Virus record (IMG/VR): IMGVR_UViG_3300037115_000242
DNA from: an uncultured virus (IMG/VR IMGVR_UViG_3300037115_000242)
Lineage: Duplodnaviria > Heunggongvirae > Uroviricota > Caudoviricetes
Direction: 5' to 3' (one strand)
DNA: 64,000 nucleotides
Within the stretch, counting starts at the first letter, position 1. Each line of letters begins with the position of its first letter. A program made the translations under genes and the position numbers. Under the pieces are notes generated by a model, which saw only the letters and a program-made list of their open reading frames with translations, was not told the DNA's origin and did not search any database. Below, one piece after another: positions 1-8,567 of this stretch.

Positions 1-2085
1 TTACCGAATCGGGCAGGATGAGCCGACACACTCACCGGAGTTGGAGTCGCCGACCACTTGCACGGGACCGGCGCTGGCCTCGTACTCAGCGGCGCTCAGG
101 ACCTCGTAGGGCGACTGTGGGCGCGAGACCGAGGGAAACACGGTAAAGCCCTTCACCTTGCCTAAGAAGCCTGTGAGGGCGTTGCTGAGTTCACGGGGGT
201 CGGTGTCCGGGGCGATCTGCGCGGTGGCTGAGATGCTGTTGCCGTCGCCGAAGCCGCAGAAGGTGCTCTGGACCGCCGCCATGAGCCCGAGGAACTGGGA
301 CAGCGTCACCTCGTCGCTCTGCTCGATCAGGTCGGCAGGGAAGCGATCAAGGATGGCGTCGCGCACCACGTACTCCACCACGCTGGTCTGCGCGGTGTAG
401 ATGTCCGGCTCAATGTGGTAGCCCATCTGAGCCAGTTCGACCAACTGGGAGTCGGAGTTGGCGTAGCGGACGCGGCGCTTGAAATACTTCGCGAAGACGG
501 GGTGCAGACCGGGCTGGGTACCCCGCAACTGGGCAATCGTGCCGGTGGGAGCAATAGCGGTCACCTTGACGCTCTTGGGGGTCCCAAGTTCGGTCGCGAG
601 GTCGTCCGCCGCCGTACGGATGTGCTGACGAAAGCCCGTGAGCGTCGCCAGCATCTCGTCGTTGGTCGCCAGGTCGGTCAACCGGACGCCGTGAGCCGCT
701 GTCCACCCCTGGAGCCCCATGAAGCCCACGCCGATGCGACGGCTGGTCTCTTCGATGCGGTTCGCCCGAGGATCGATGTGGGGGTTCAGCGTCGAGCGGT
801 AAAGGAAGCGAGCCATGAGCGCGAACGCCTCGCTCGCGCCCTCGTGGTCGGTCCCGAAGGCGTCGAGGTCGATGGAGCCGAGGTTGCAACTCTCACCAAT
901 CACGCCGAGTTCGGAGTCGAAACTGGCGAGCCCGATCTCGCCACAGGGGTTGGTGATGCGGATGTGCGACTGCTCATCGGCGGACAGCATCTCGGTGTCC
1001 ACGAGCCCTGGTTCACCGTTCGCGGCCATGCCCGCCGTCACCGCGTCCAGCACGGAGCGTGCCAGTTCGTGGTCCTCGTGGGTGATGTCGCCGACCGCCT
1101 CACGGAACACCGAGTCGATCTCGACCGAGATGTTGGTGGTCCAGTGCGAGCCACTGTTCGACTTGGCGTTGATGAAGTCCATGATCGACTCGTCACGCCA
1201 CGACATGATCGACATCCTCGCACTGCGGCGAGCACCACCGGCCACAACCGCGCAAGCGATCTCGTGGTCGATGCGCATGGTGTCGAGACCCGAGAGTTTC
1301 GCGCCGACCGCACCCGTGAGGATGTTATTGACAGCGACGAGTGAGCGCACCAACGCGGTGGGGCCTGACGCCTTGCCACCGAACGTCTTGAGTGGGGTGC
1401 CGTAGGGACGCACGTCATTGATGTCAATGACGATGTTCACGTGCTCCTGTGCGCGACACACGATGGAGAAGAGGGCGACCCACGTCGAGACCCATCCTTC
1501 GCGAGTGTCGGCCACACGGATCACGACCGCGTCACTGGGAATCGAAGCATTGAGATCGACGACCTCTGCGACTTCGCTGTAGTCACTGTGTGTGTCGTAG
1601 AGACGAAAGAAAAGACTCGCGGTCGAGCGAATGGGTTCGGTGACGTCGGTGAGGTCGCTGCTGTAGTTCGAACCAACACCGCCGCCTTCGAAGAGACGCT
1701 CGGCGAGAAACTGAAAGTGGCTGTAGGTGTTCTTGCCGAACCCCACGCTCCAGCAGTTCTTCGAGAGCGTGGAAACAGGCGTGCCGGTGACCCACAAGTG
1801 ACGACCGGCGGGGATCGCCTTGAACTCGTAGAGCAACTGGAACAACTTCACGGGCTCGTTCTCTAGCCACACTTTTTCTTCGGTGTACGACATCGACCCG
1901 AGCACAACGCGACGCACAGTCTCGCCCCACACTTCACCATCACGTGAGTAGGTGCGCTGGTAAACCTCTCGACCAATTGGACCCCACGAAGGCTCTGGCA
2001 AAACGCTTGCGGCAACTTCGAAGTTAAGAAACTTCGCGACCACTTCGCTGTCGAGCGAGTTGGTCGGAGAGAGTGAGAGGGACAT
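1..2085 (-). CDS. nrdJ: Adenosylcobalamin-dependent (class II) ribonucleotide reductase
   Basis: PAGRHLW, GGGVG, VVAGGARRSA, TNPCGEI (radical Cys), ESCNLG, IAPTGT, C-terminal ECVGSSCPIR redox pair. Confidence 0.93.
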   Translation of the reverse strand: MSLSLSPTNSLDSEVVAKFLNFEVAASVLPEPSWGPIGREVYQRTYSRDGEVWGETVRRVVLGSMSYTEEKVWLENEPVKLFQLLYEFKAIPAGRHLWVTGTPVSTLSKNCWSVGFGKNTYSHFQFLAERLFEGGGVGSNYSSDLTDVTEPIRSTASLFFRLYDTHSDYSEVAEVVDLNASIPSDAVVIRVADTREGWVSTWVALFSIVCRAQEHVNIVIDINDVRPYGTPLKTFGGKASGPTALVRSLVAVNNILTGAVGAKLSGLDTMRIDHEIACAVVAGGARRSARMSIMSWRDESIMDFINAKSNSGSHWTTNISVEIDSVFREAVGDITHEDHELARSVLDAVTAGMAANGEPGLVDTEMLSADEQSHIRITNPCGEIGLASFDSELGVIGESCNLGSIDLDAFGTDHEGASEAFALMARFLYRSTLNPHIDPRANRIEETSRRIGVGFMGLQGWTAAHGVRLTDLATNDEMLATLTGFRQHIRTAADDLATELGTPKSVKVTAIAPTGTIAQLRGTQPGLHPVFAKYFKRRVRYANSDSQLVELAQMGYHIEPDIYTAQTSVVEYVVRDAILDRFPADLIEQSDEVTLSQFLGLMAAVQSTFCGFGDGNSISATAQIAPDTDPRELSNALTGFLGKVKGFTVFPSVSRPQSPYEVLSAAEYEASAGPVQVVGDSNSGECVGSSCPIR

Positions 2086-2132
2086 GCGGTGACTCCTTGA
2101 AGGGCTTCGGTTGGTGTTTTGGTATTGACTAT

Positions 2133-2141
2133 TATGGGTGC
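2133..2141 (-). promoter_or_regulatory. GCACCCATA motif upstream of nrdJ
   Basis: Reverse complement reads CGCACCCATAATAG, about 48 bp before the nrdJ start; one of 17 copies. Confidence 0.6.
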
Positions 2142-2287
2142 GCTAAGGGCACATGTGGGTGACTTGCGAAGGTATTTGCGAAAGATTTTTCTTCCTCAAA
2201 AACGTCCGGTGTTTCACTCGAATTTTGGTCGAGTGGTGTGACGTGAGAGGTCAAAATTAGATGACGTGTCTAACTACAGAGGTGGCA

Positions 2288-2596
2288 TTAGGCCGCGATA
2301 GTTGTCACGAAAGAGTTGACTTTTCTCTCTCGATGCTCCATTTGCCGAGTACACTCCGCCGCCAGCCAGCCATACCTCTCGGAGATGGCCGAGCAGAACT
2401 TCATGAAGTTCTCGGAGGTCTGGCGTCGGTCGTAGTTGCTGTGCCGATGGCGCAACATATTGACGACGTAGCGATCAATTTTGCCCTTGCAATTCTTCGC
2501 TGATTGTCCTTCGCGCAATTGTCGTCGCATCATGAGTACAAGTTCTTCTTTGCTCCAATTTTGAAGACTGATACGAAGAACGAACTCGTCACTCAC
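2288..2596 (-). CDS. Hypothetical protein
   Basis: 102-aa ORF overlapping the end of the upstream gene; contains NMLRHRHSNYD. Confidence 0.6.
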   Translation of the reverse strand: MSDEFVLRISLQNWSKEELVLMMRRQLREGQSAKNCKGKIDRYVVNMLRHRHSNYDRRQTSENFMKFCSAISERYGWLAAECTRQMEHRERKVNSFVTTIAA

Positions 2597-3623
2597 TGGC
2601 GAATCTGCTCCGTTCGATCAGACTCAACTTGTCGCAGAGTTTTTCGTAAAAGAGATGTGCATCACCAAGGCCAGTAACCTCTTGCTCGAACTCGACCCAA
2701 TCGTTCTCGCGATCTGTGAGTGACTTGGGCTCCAGTGTCTTGTGTGAATACTCAGAGTGATACGTCTCGGAGTAGTGCCGAGCGAACGCCTTGACGATGC
2801 GACCAGCCTTGTGCTTGGGTAGGTGAAGTTCGTCGCGCAGTGCACGCAAATCCATTGCGGTAGGTGGAGAAACAGGGGTGAGAGCCGCGAGCGCAAGTGC
2901 GTGAGTGATGATGGTGAACAACTCCGAGAATGCCTCTAGTTGGTTCGGCCAAAGCACTGCAATTCCTTCGGTTTTGCCGGTTTCGAGCGAGCGAATAGTG
3001 TCAGCCGACGCACGCTTCGGATCATCGAGTGACGTGAGCAACTCGTCACGATTTGTCAGGTACACCCCACGTAGTGGCGGCTCCAAGTGGTACGCGCCGA
3101 TCAAGACTTTGGCTCGCAGATGTATCTGCTCGTTGCGCAGTCGAGCGGATGGTGATTGACGAACGAACTCGTCCTCCCAGGCGTTCAACCACTCGTCATC
3201 GTCGCTGTGAGTATCTTCGACGAAGTTCATGTTGAATCCCACCATCTCAATGAGGTTCTGCTCCGCTCGGTGACTCCGTTTGTTATGTGGTTGCACCACT
3301 TCGCGCACCGAAGCGCGAGAGATAGCCGACGAGCAGATCGCGTACATCCAGCCCGACAGACTCGCGCCCTCGGCAAGGAGTTCGAGGTCGCAGGTTTTAC
3401 TCGCGATGAGGAAGGTGAGTTTCTCGCGCAGGTACTCGGCGTAGTCCTCTTGAGCCTGCTGTCCGTAGAAGCGAGCGTCGCGAAAGGCGACACGCATGGG
3501 CACAGTGGACTGGGGGACGAGTGCGGCGATTTGCCACTTCACGTTCGGCTCGTCAAGGTCTTGTTCAAACACTTGACGAGCCAACGCGGTGGCCTTCTCG
3601 TCGACTAGATCGTCGACGATCAT
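2589..3623 (-). CDS. Hypothetical protein, possibly a divergent sigma-70 region-2-like protein
   Basis: 344 aa within a coupled operon; segment RFYGQQAQEDYAEYL...ASLSGWMYAI loosely resembles ECF sigma region 2. Confidence 0.45.
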   Translation of the reverse strand: MIVDDLVDEKATALARQVFEQDLDEPNVKWQIAALVPQSTVPMRVAFRDARFYGQQAQEDYAEYLREKLTFLIASKTCDLELLAEGASLSGWMYAICSSAISRASVREVVQPHNKRSHRAEQNLIEMVGFNMNFVEDTHSDDDEWLNAWEDEFVRQSPSARLRNEQIHLRAKVLIGAYHLEPPLRGVYLTNRDELLTSLDDPKRASADTIRSLETGKTEGIAVLWPNQLEAFSELFTIITHALALAALTPVSPPTAMDLRALRDELHLPKHKAGRIVKAFARHYSETYHSEYSHKTLEPKSLTDRENDWVEFEQEVTGLGDAHLFYEKLCDKLSLIERSRFASE

Positions 3624-3626
3624 TGC

Positions 3627-4142
3627 TTAGGCTTCGGTGTTGACGTCGTTGGTTGCGGCAACGATGTTGCACAACTCGCGGACGTTCTCTTCTCCATGTG
3701 AGGCGTAGAGAATTTCGTAGACCACATCAGCCTGCTCACCGACGAGAGCCTCCACCTGATACGAAAGGTAGAGCCCCACCGAAGTGTTCTGCGCTGGTGT
3801 GCCGATACGAACGATCTTCTCACTGCCGTCGGGTTGGAACTCCAAGAGTCCACCTTCGATCATCTGTCCCGTAGGACTGACGTCAAACGACAACACGGTG
3901 CCGGTGACGCGCTTGGTGGCTTCCAGGCGTTCGGACCGAATGTCGTCGAGCGAGTGAGTTGAGACGGGCAGGTGCAGGACGTCACTGACGTAGGCCATGA
4001 CCTCGGCCAAGGGGTCGGGACGCATCGGGCCGGTGGTGACACCATTCGGCTCAACGACCGCCAACTCCCACAGGCCGTTGCCGACCTCCCAAATGTTGAC
4101 GCTCTTGCTGTCGAGCGCCTTGGGTCGTGATTTGAGCAACAT
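3627..4142 (-). CDS. Hypothetical protein
   Basis: 171-aa ORF coupled to neighbours. Confidence 0.65.
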   Translation of the reverse strand: MLLKSRPKALDSKSVNIWEVGNGLWELAVVEPNGVTTGPMRPDPLAEVMAYVSDVLHLPVSTHSLDDIRSERLEATKRVTGTVLSFDVSPTGQMIEGGLLEFQPDGSEKIVRIGTPAQNTSVGLYLSYQVEALVGEQADVVYEILYASHGEENVRELCNIVAATNDVNTEA

Positions 4143-4516
4143 TATTCATCCTCCGAATCGACGCCCTTGTCAACAACGTGGCGAAGGACGCGTACCTTGC
4201 GGTCGCTTCCCTTCATGGTTTCCAACTGGACGTACACGAGGACCTTGTGGCCCTTGAGTGACTGAACTTTCTTTGCCATGAGCAACCCATCGGGGTCGTC
4301 AGTGCGGTCGGTGCGAACCGTTTCGTTCCCATCGGGGTCACGGTCGGTGCCGGTGTGCAAGGTGACGATGGCCCGAGTCGACGACTCCTCTTTCTTCACC
4401 GAGAGAACGGTGCCGATGAAGGACTTGTCGGACTTGGCAATCGCGTCTTGAATCTTGACGACTTGATCGGCCACGTCACTGACCAACTGGTCGTAGTTGA
4501 GGTCGGCGATATCCAT
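4142..4516 (-). CDS. Hypothetical protein, possibly OB-fold
   Basis: 124 aa, AGGAGG RBS, beta-rich pattern, directly follows the nuclease gene. Confidence 0.65.
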   Translation of the reverse strand: MDIADLNYDQLVSDVADQVVKIQDAIAKSDKSFIGTVLSVKKEESSTRAIVTLHTGTDRDPDGNETVRTDRTDDPDGLLMAKKVQSLKGHKVLVYVQLETMKGSDRKVRVLRHVVDKGVDSEDE

Positions 4517-6022
4517 TTACGCCTCCTTGCGAACGAGGGCGTCCCACGGAGTCGCCGTCGTCGGCGCTTCCCACAGGCTGAGAGCGACACCGAAGATTCC
4601 GGCAACTCGCTTGGTGGTGGTAGCGGCCCACTCGACCCACGCATCTTCATCCGCGCCGAAGGGCGGCGGCGTAGCGTCAACCGCGCTGTGTAAGGCACCA
4701 CGCAGTCGGGTGTGGCGACCGGCCTGGAAGGAGAGTGACTCATCACCGCCGAGGCTGGCGTTCGCGTCGTTGATCACCTTCACGAAGGTTGCGGCCAGCG
4801 CGTAGACGGACTTGCCGGTCGTGCGCTGGTTGAACTTTTTGAGGGTATCGAACGACATCGACGTGAGTCCGAAAGCGGCAGTCGCCGCGTACGAATTCAA
4901 GTTCAGATTGTCGCCGTCGTACTCCTCCCACGGCTTCAATTCGTAGGCCATACTGCTCTCCTTTGCCGGTGGCTCCTTCTGAACCACCGCTTCTGTTTTT
5001 GGTGCTACATCCTCACTAGCCCCATCGGACGACGTCGGCCCCTCAACTTCGGCCACTGTCTCGGTGATGACTTCGATTTCGGCGACAACCTCAACGACGG
5101 TTTCGACTGGCGCAGGGTTGATGAGCGCCTCTAGGTCGTCAGGGAGCGGCTGTTCTTGCGGAGCGGCTGACTTGGTAGACCCGTCGTCCTTGAGAGTGCT
5201 CGACGCGGGGCAGACCAACTGCGCGGGACACCAGCCACAGAGAGCACTCGGCTTCGTTGGGAACATACCCTCGTCGAGCATCTTGTTCAACTTTTCCCAC
5301 GAGGTCTTGAAGTCGCGCAGGGTGATGGTGATGGCGTCCTCGGAGATGTCCGCCTCACGCACAGTGTTAAAGGATGTGTAGAGGTCTTCGGCCCGAGTAG
5401 GTATGTGCTCGCCGAGTTCACGCAACGCGGCGACGTAGATGCGCAGTTGGTCGCCGTGCTTGTCACCCCATCGGGTGTTGGGCACCTTGCCGGACTTGAA
5501 GTCGCTGACGGTGACGGACTTGTTCTTCACACCAAGACGGTCGATGTAGCCGAGCACCGGCACTCCATTGACCGTTGTCTCGATCTTGAGTTCGTTAGCG
5601 ATGACTTCGATCTTGGTGGGGTCTTCGACGAGGAAGATACCGCCCGCGAGTTGGTTCACTGAGGCGAGCCAACGGTTGCGCTCTGACCTCGGTCCTTTAC
5701 TCGACTTGCCAAGTTTGACGATCAACTCTGAGACTGCCGCCATCGTTCTTTTCTCGGCGGGCATGTTGAACAGTGCCTCAAAGATTGAGTGTGCGCTGGT
5801 GCCGAGTTCGGCGGGGCCGAAGGGGTCTTCGACGCGAGGAAGAATCTTGTCGAAGACCATTCTCGCGGCACAACCACGAACCGAGTCCGAGGTGCTCGAA
5901 CTTAGGTAGGGGCGTCGGACCTTGTTGATGACGACAGCCGTCGCGACGAGTTGCTTCCCGTTCTTACCACCCCACGACACGGTGTCGGGGAGTTGACTGA
6001 TGGCGTTCGTGGTATCACCCAT
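4517..6022 (-). CDS. PD-(D/E)XK RecB/Cas4-like exonuclease with C-terminal extension
   Basis: N-terminal Cys (GCAARM), GTSAHSIFE, GYIDRL, SDFKSGK, QLRIY, CGWCPAQLVC Fe-S-type cluster. Confidence 0.85.
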   Translation of the reverse strand: MGDTTNAISQLPDTVSWGGKNGKQLVATAVVINKVRRPYLSSSTSDSVRGCAARMVFDKILPRVEDPFGPAELGTSAHSIFEALFNMPAEKRTMAAVSELIVKLGKSSKGPRSERNRWLASVNQLAGGIFLVEDPTKIEVIANELKIETTVNGVPVLGYIDRLGVKNKSVTVSDFKSGKVPNTRWGDKHGDQLRIYVAALRELGEHIPTRAEDLYTSFNTVREADISEDAITITLRDFKTSWEKLNKMLDEGMFPTKPSALCGWCPAQLVCPASSTLKDDGSTKSAAPQEQPLPDDLEALINPAPVETVVEVVAEIEVITETVAEVEGPTSSDGASEDVAPKTEAVVQKEPPAKESSMAYELKPWEEYDGDNLNLNSYAATAAFGLTSMSFDTLKKFNQRTTGKSVYALAATFVKVINDANASLGGDESLSFQAGRHTRLRGALHSAVDATPPPFGADEDAWVEWAATTTKRVAGIFGVALSLWEAPTTATPWDALVRKEA

Positions 6023-6076
6023 TGATGTCTCTCTGCGAGTCTCTGTTTGCTACAGGGGCTCTAACCCCGGTCTCGA

Positions 6077-7186
6077 CTACTCGCCCCACTCAACAACGGA
6101 CGCCTTAGTGGGACGCTTTCCGAAGGCAAACTTGGCATCATCCTGGCTTCGCTCTAAAGAGGCGTCGAACTGAATCTTGTCGCCCTTGCCCGCGCTGATC
6201 CGAGTGGTCTTGCCGTCACGCTCGATCTCCACATCGGTGAGTGAGACTGGCATAGAGACCCACACCTTCCACCCCTCGTCACTCTGGACGAGCATCTTCA
6301 GTTGACCGGCTCCTCCGTAAACGTAGGGCTCCTGGTACTTGGTCGAGAGGATGGTCCCGACGACGGTGTTCTTGCCCACGGGGGCATCTGGCGCGGTGGC
6401 GGCGAGAGCATCGGCTTCCGCTCGTTCGGCGGCGTGTTCGATGCTGGAGGTGGCGATCTTCTTCACGAGGGCTACTTGCCTCTCGCTGAGTGACCCGTAC
6501 TGACGAAGTTTGTGCTTGATGTCGTTGACGGTGGAGTTCTCACTGGCCGTCGCGAATGCTTCACGTAGTCCTTCGTTCTCGTCACAGCATCGTTCGAAGT
6601 TTCGATCTCCGCGTGTGCGTGCGGCCGCATTGCGTGCTTTGTACTGAGCGTTGACGAGTCCGTCGGTGACCGCGTTGTACGTGGCGAGACAGTCGAATCC
6701 GACCATCGTGCCATCGTGGAGTTCAAGGTCAACGAGCACCCCGCCGTACTTGAGTGCGTGACCGCACACACCACACCTCGACCACTTCTCGGTGGTGATG
6801 CCCGCGAGGTCGTAGAACTCCATCAGTTCGAGGCGAGCGTTGCTGTCGGTGGTGTTCTCAAATTGAATCGGTAGAGCGTCTTTGATGATGTAGTCGTAGG
6901 CATAGGTGTAGGACTTGCCGGTCTCGTGATCGAAGTCTTCTTCGGGCTCGACGACCATGACGAGTTCGAGGCGCTTCCAATCGATATTGGAAGGACTCCA
7001 CTTGTCCTCACGCTTCTTACGGGCGGGCTTGGGGATATCGGGATCGGTTCCCGAGAGATCGAGGTCGCCACCATCAGGCTTACGATCTTCGGCGAACTGT
7101 CCACCGGCCTTCGGAGTGCCCTTGGGGACGCGTGGTTGGGTCTTGCTGGTCTTCACTTCGGCGTTGAGGAACGACTGGGATGGCAT
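6077..7186 (-). CDS. Leader-tagged protein; cargo has CxxC/HxxC Zn motif and a C-terminal OB-like region
   Basis: TQPRVPKGTPKAGGQFAEDRKPDGGDL near the N-terminus; start moved to ATG 7186 (GTG 7192 possible) after GGAGAGGAG RBS; GCACCCATA at 7234-7242. Confidence 0.8.
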   Translation of the reverse strand: MPSQSFLNAEVKTSKTQPRVPKGTPKAGGQFAEDRKPDGGDLDLSGTDPDIPKPARKKREDKWSPSNIDWKRLELVMVVEPEEDFDHETGKSYTYAYDYIIKDALPIQFENTTDSNARLELMEFYDLAGITTEKWSRCGVCGHALKYGGVLVDLELHDGTMVGFDCLATYNAVTDGLVNAQYKARNAAARTRGDRNFERCCDENEGLREAFATASENSTVNDIKHKLRQYGSLSERQVALVKKIATSSIEHAAERAEADALAATAPDAPVGKNTVVGTILSTKYQEPYVYGGAGQLKMLVQSDEGWKVWVSMPVSLTDVEIERDGKTTRISAGKGDKIQFDASLERSQDDAKFAFGKRPTKASVVEWGE

Positions 7187-7260
7187 CTTCACATCAGTCT
7201 CCTCTCCACTTCGATCTTCTGTCTGTTCTTCACTATGGGTGCGACGGCTGTCATTCCCAC

Positions 7261-7734
7261 TCACGCATCTGACTCGATTGGCGCTGGGTGATAAATCACT
7301 ACATCAGTTCCGACGCATTCCATAGCAACGGCACGAATGAGGGGTTCCACGTGACCCCAGTCGAGCCCACCGAGACCGCACCCGAGCGGGGGTATAGCGA
7401 TGGAATCGATCTCCATTCTGGAGATGACCTCTATCAGTCCGACTATCCCATTCGCGATGTCGTCAAATTTCGACTTGTCGCGCCAGTGTCGCTTGGTGGG
7501 AAAGTTGATGACGAAGCGAGGACGGGTGCCAACTGAGTGAACGTCCATAGTCCCCGGAATGATTTCTTTGCGGTCACAGGACTCTCGATACGTGGTGAAC
7601 ATGTCGGGATATTTCTGCTTGAACTGGAGTGCGAGACCTTTGCCCATGACCCCTACACAGTTCACGGGGTTCACGAGCGCATCGACATTTGCTTCGAGGA
7701 TGTCGCCGTTGTGGATGTTGGTCACATTGATCAT
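7261..7734 (-). CDS. Macrodomain ADP-ribose glycohydrolase, DarG-like, stand-alone
   Basis: GDILEANVDALVNPVNCVGVMGKGLALQFK, INFPTKRHWR, SIAIPPLGCGLGGLDW; ATG 7734 overlaps the upstream stop. Confidence 0.88.
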   Translation of the reverse strand: MINVTNIHNGDILEANVDALVNPVNCVGVMGKGLALQFKQKYPDMFTTYRESCDRKEIIPGTMDVHSVGTRPRFVINFPTKRHWRDKSKFDDIANGIVGLIEVISRMEIDSIAIPPLGCGLGGLDWGHVEPLIRAVAMECVGTDVVIYHPAPIESDA

Positions 7735-8561
7735 GGGGCTGACTTGACGATCCCCTTCTTCACGTTGGTGATCTGACTTTTGACTCCATTGTGCACGGTG
7801 TTGGTGACACCGGTTTTTGCACGGTGCAGGATGTTGTTCACGAACCCGAAGTTGGCGTGACGGTTCCACTCCATGATGGCCGAGTGGTACGCCGGAACGC
7901 CCACGAGTCGGAGAGCGAACCAGAGAACTCCGAGCGACATGAGTATGCCAAGAAAGGTCTCTCGCTCAGACCCACAGTGTCCAACGAGAGGTACGGCGAT
8001 ACGGACGTCTTTCAGTCTCGGCACGAGTGGCAACCAGAACCACGGGACACCTTCAACGGTGAGAGAGTCACCCACCAGGTGCCAGATGACTCCGCCCGCC
8101 GTGGCGAGAAGCAAGACCTTTGTCGGCAACAGGGGGTGATGGTAGACCCAGTACGCACCCACGAAGGGGAGGATGAAGAGTGGGATCGAGAATCGTAGAA
8201 CCTTGGGTAAAATCATCCGAAGCGCGAGCATGAAGCCTGCCCCAATGATGATCGCCATCGCCCAATCGTGCCCGTTGGCGAAGTAACACAGGACACCCAC
8301 GATGGCCGCGAAGAAGAGGCTATGAGTCGCTTCGCGGTGACCACCGGCCACACTACGTATGCCGCCAGAGAGTGTCTGACTGATTAAGCCCAGTTTGCGA
8401 GAGACGGTTGATCCAGGCTCGTCGATGTCCGGCAAGAGAGCGAACGCCGCCGATGTCACAGTGCCCACACCGATCTCTTCCCACGTCATGCCGGGAACAA
8501 GTGCGGGGGCTATAGCGAGGAAGCCCACTGCGCCAAGCAGGGCGTGGTCCCTACCGAGCAT
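7731..8561 (-). CDS. Membrane-bound metal-dependent hydrolase (YdjM-like)
   Basis: N-terminal H, LLPDIDEPGS, HREATHS, HLVGDSLT, several TM segments. Confidence 0.85.
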   Translation of the reverse strand: MLGRDHALLGAVGFLAIAPALVPGMTWEEIGVGTVTSAAFALLPDIDEPGSTVSRKLGLISQTLSGGIRSVAGGHREATHSLFFAAIVGVLCYFANGHDWAMAIIIGAGFMLALRMILPKVLRFSIPLFILPFVGAYWVYHHPLLPTKVLLLATAGGVIWHLVGDSLTVEGVPWFWLPLVPRLKDVRIAVPLVGHCGSERETFLGILMSLGVLWFALRLVGVPAYHSAIMEWNRHANFGFVNNILHRAKTGVTNTVHNGVKSQITNVKKGIVKSAP

Positions 8562-8567
8562 GGTGGG

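Noticed and set aside
4517..6022. cas4 of a CRISPR-Cas system
   Set aside because: No cas1/cas2 or array; the context fits a stand-alone RecB-family nuclease
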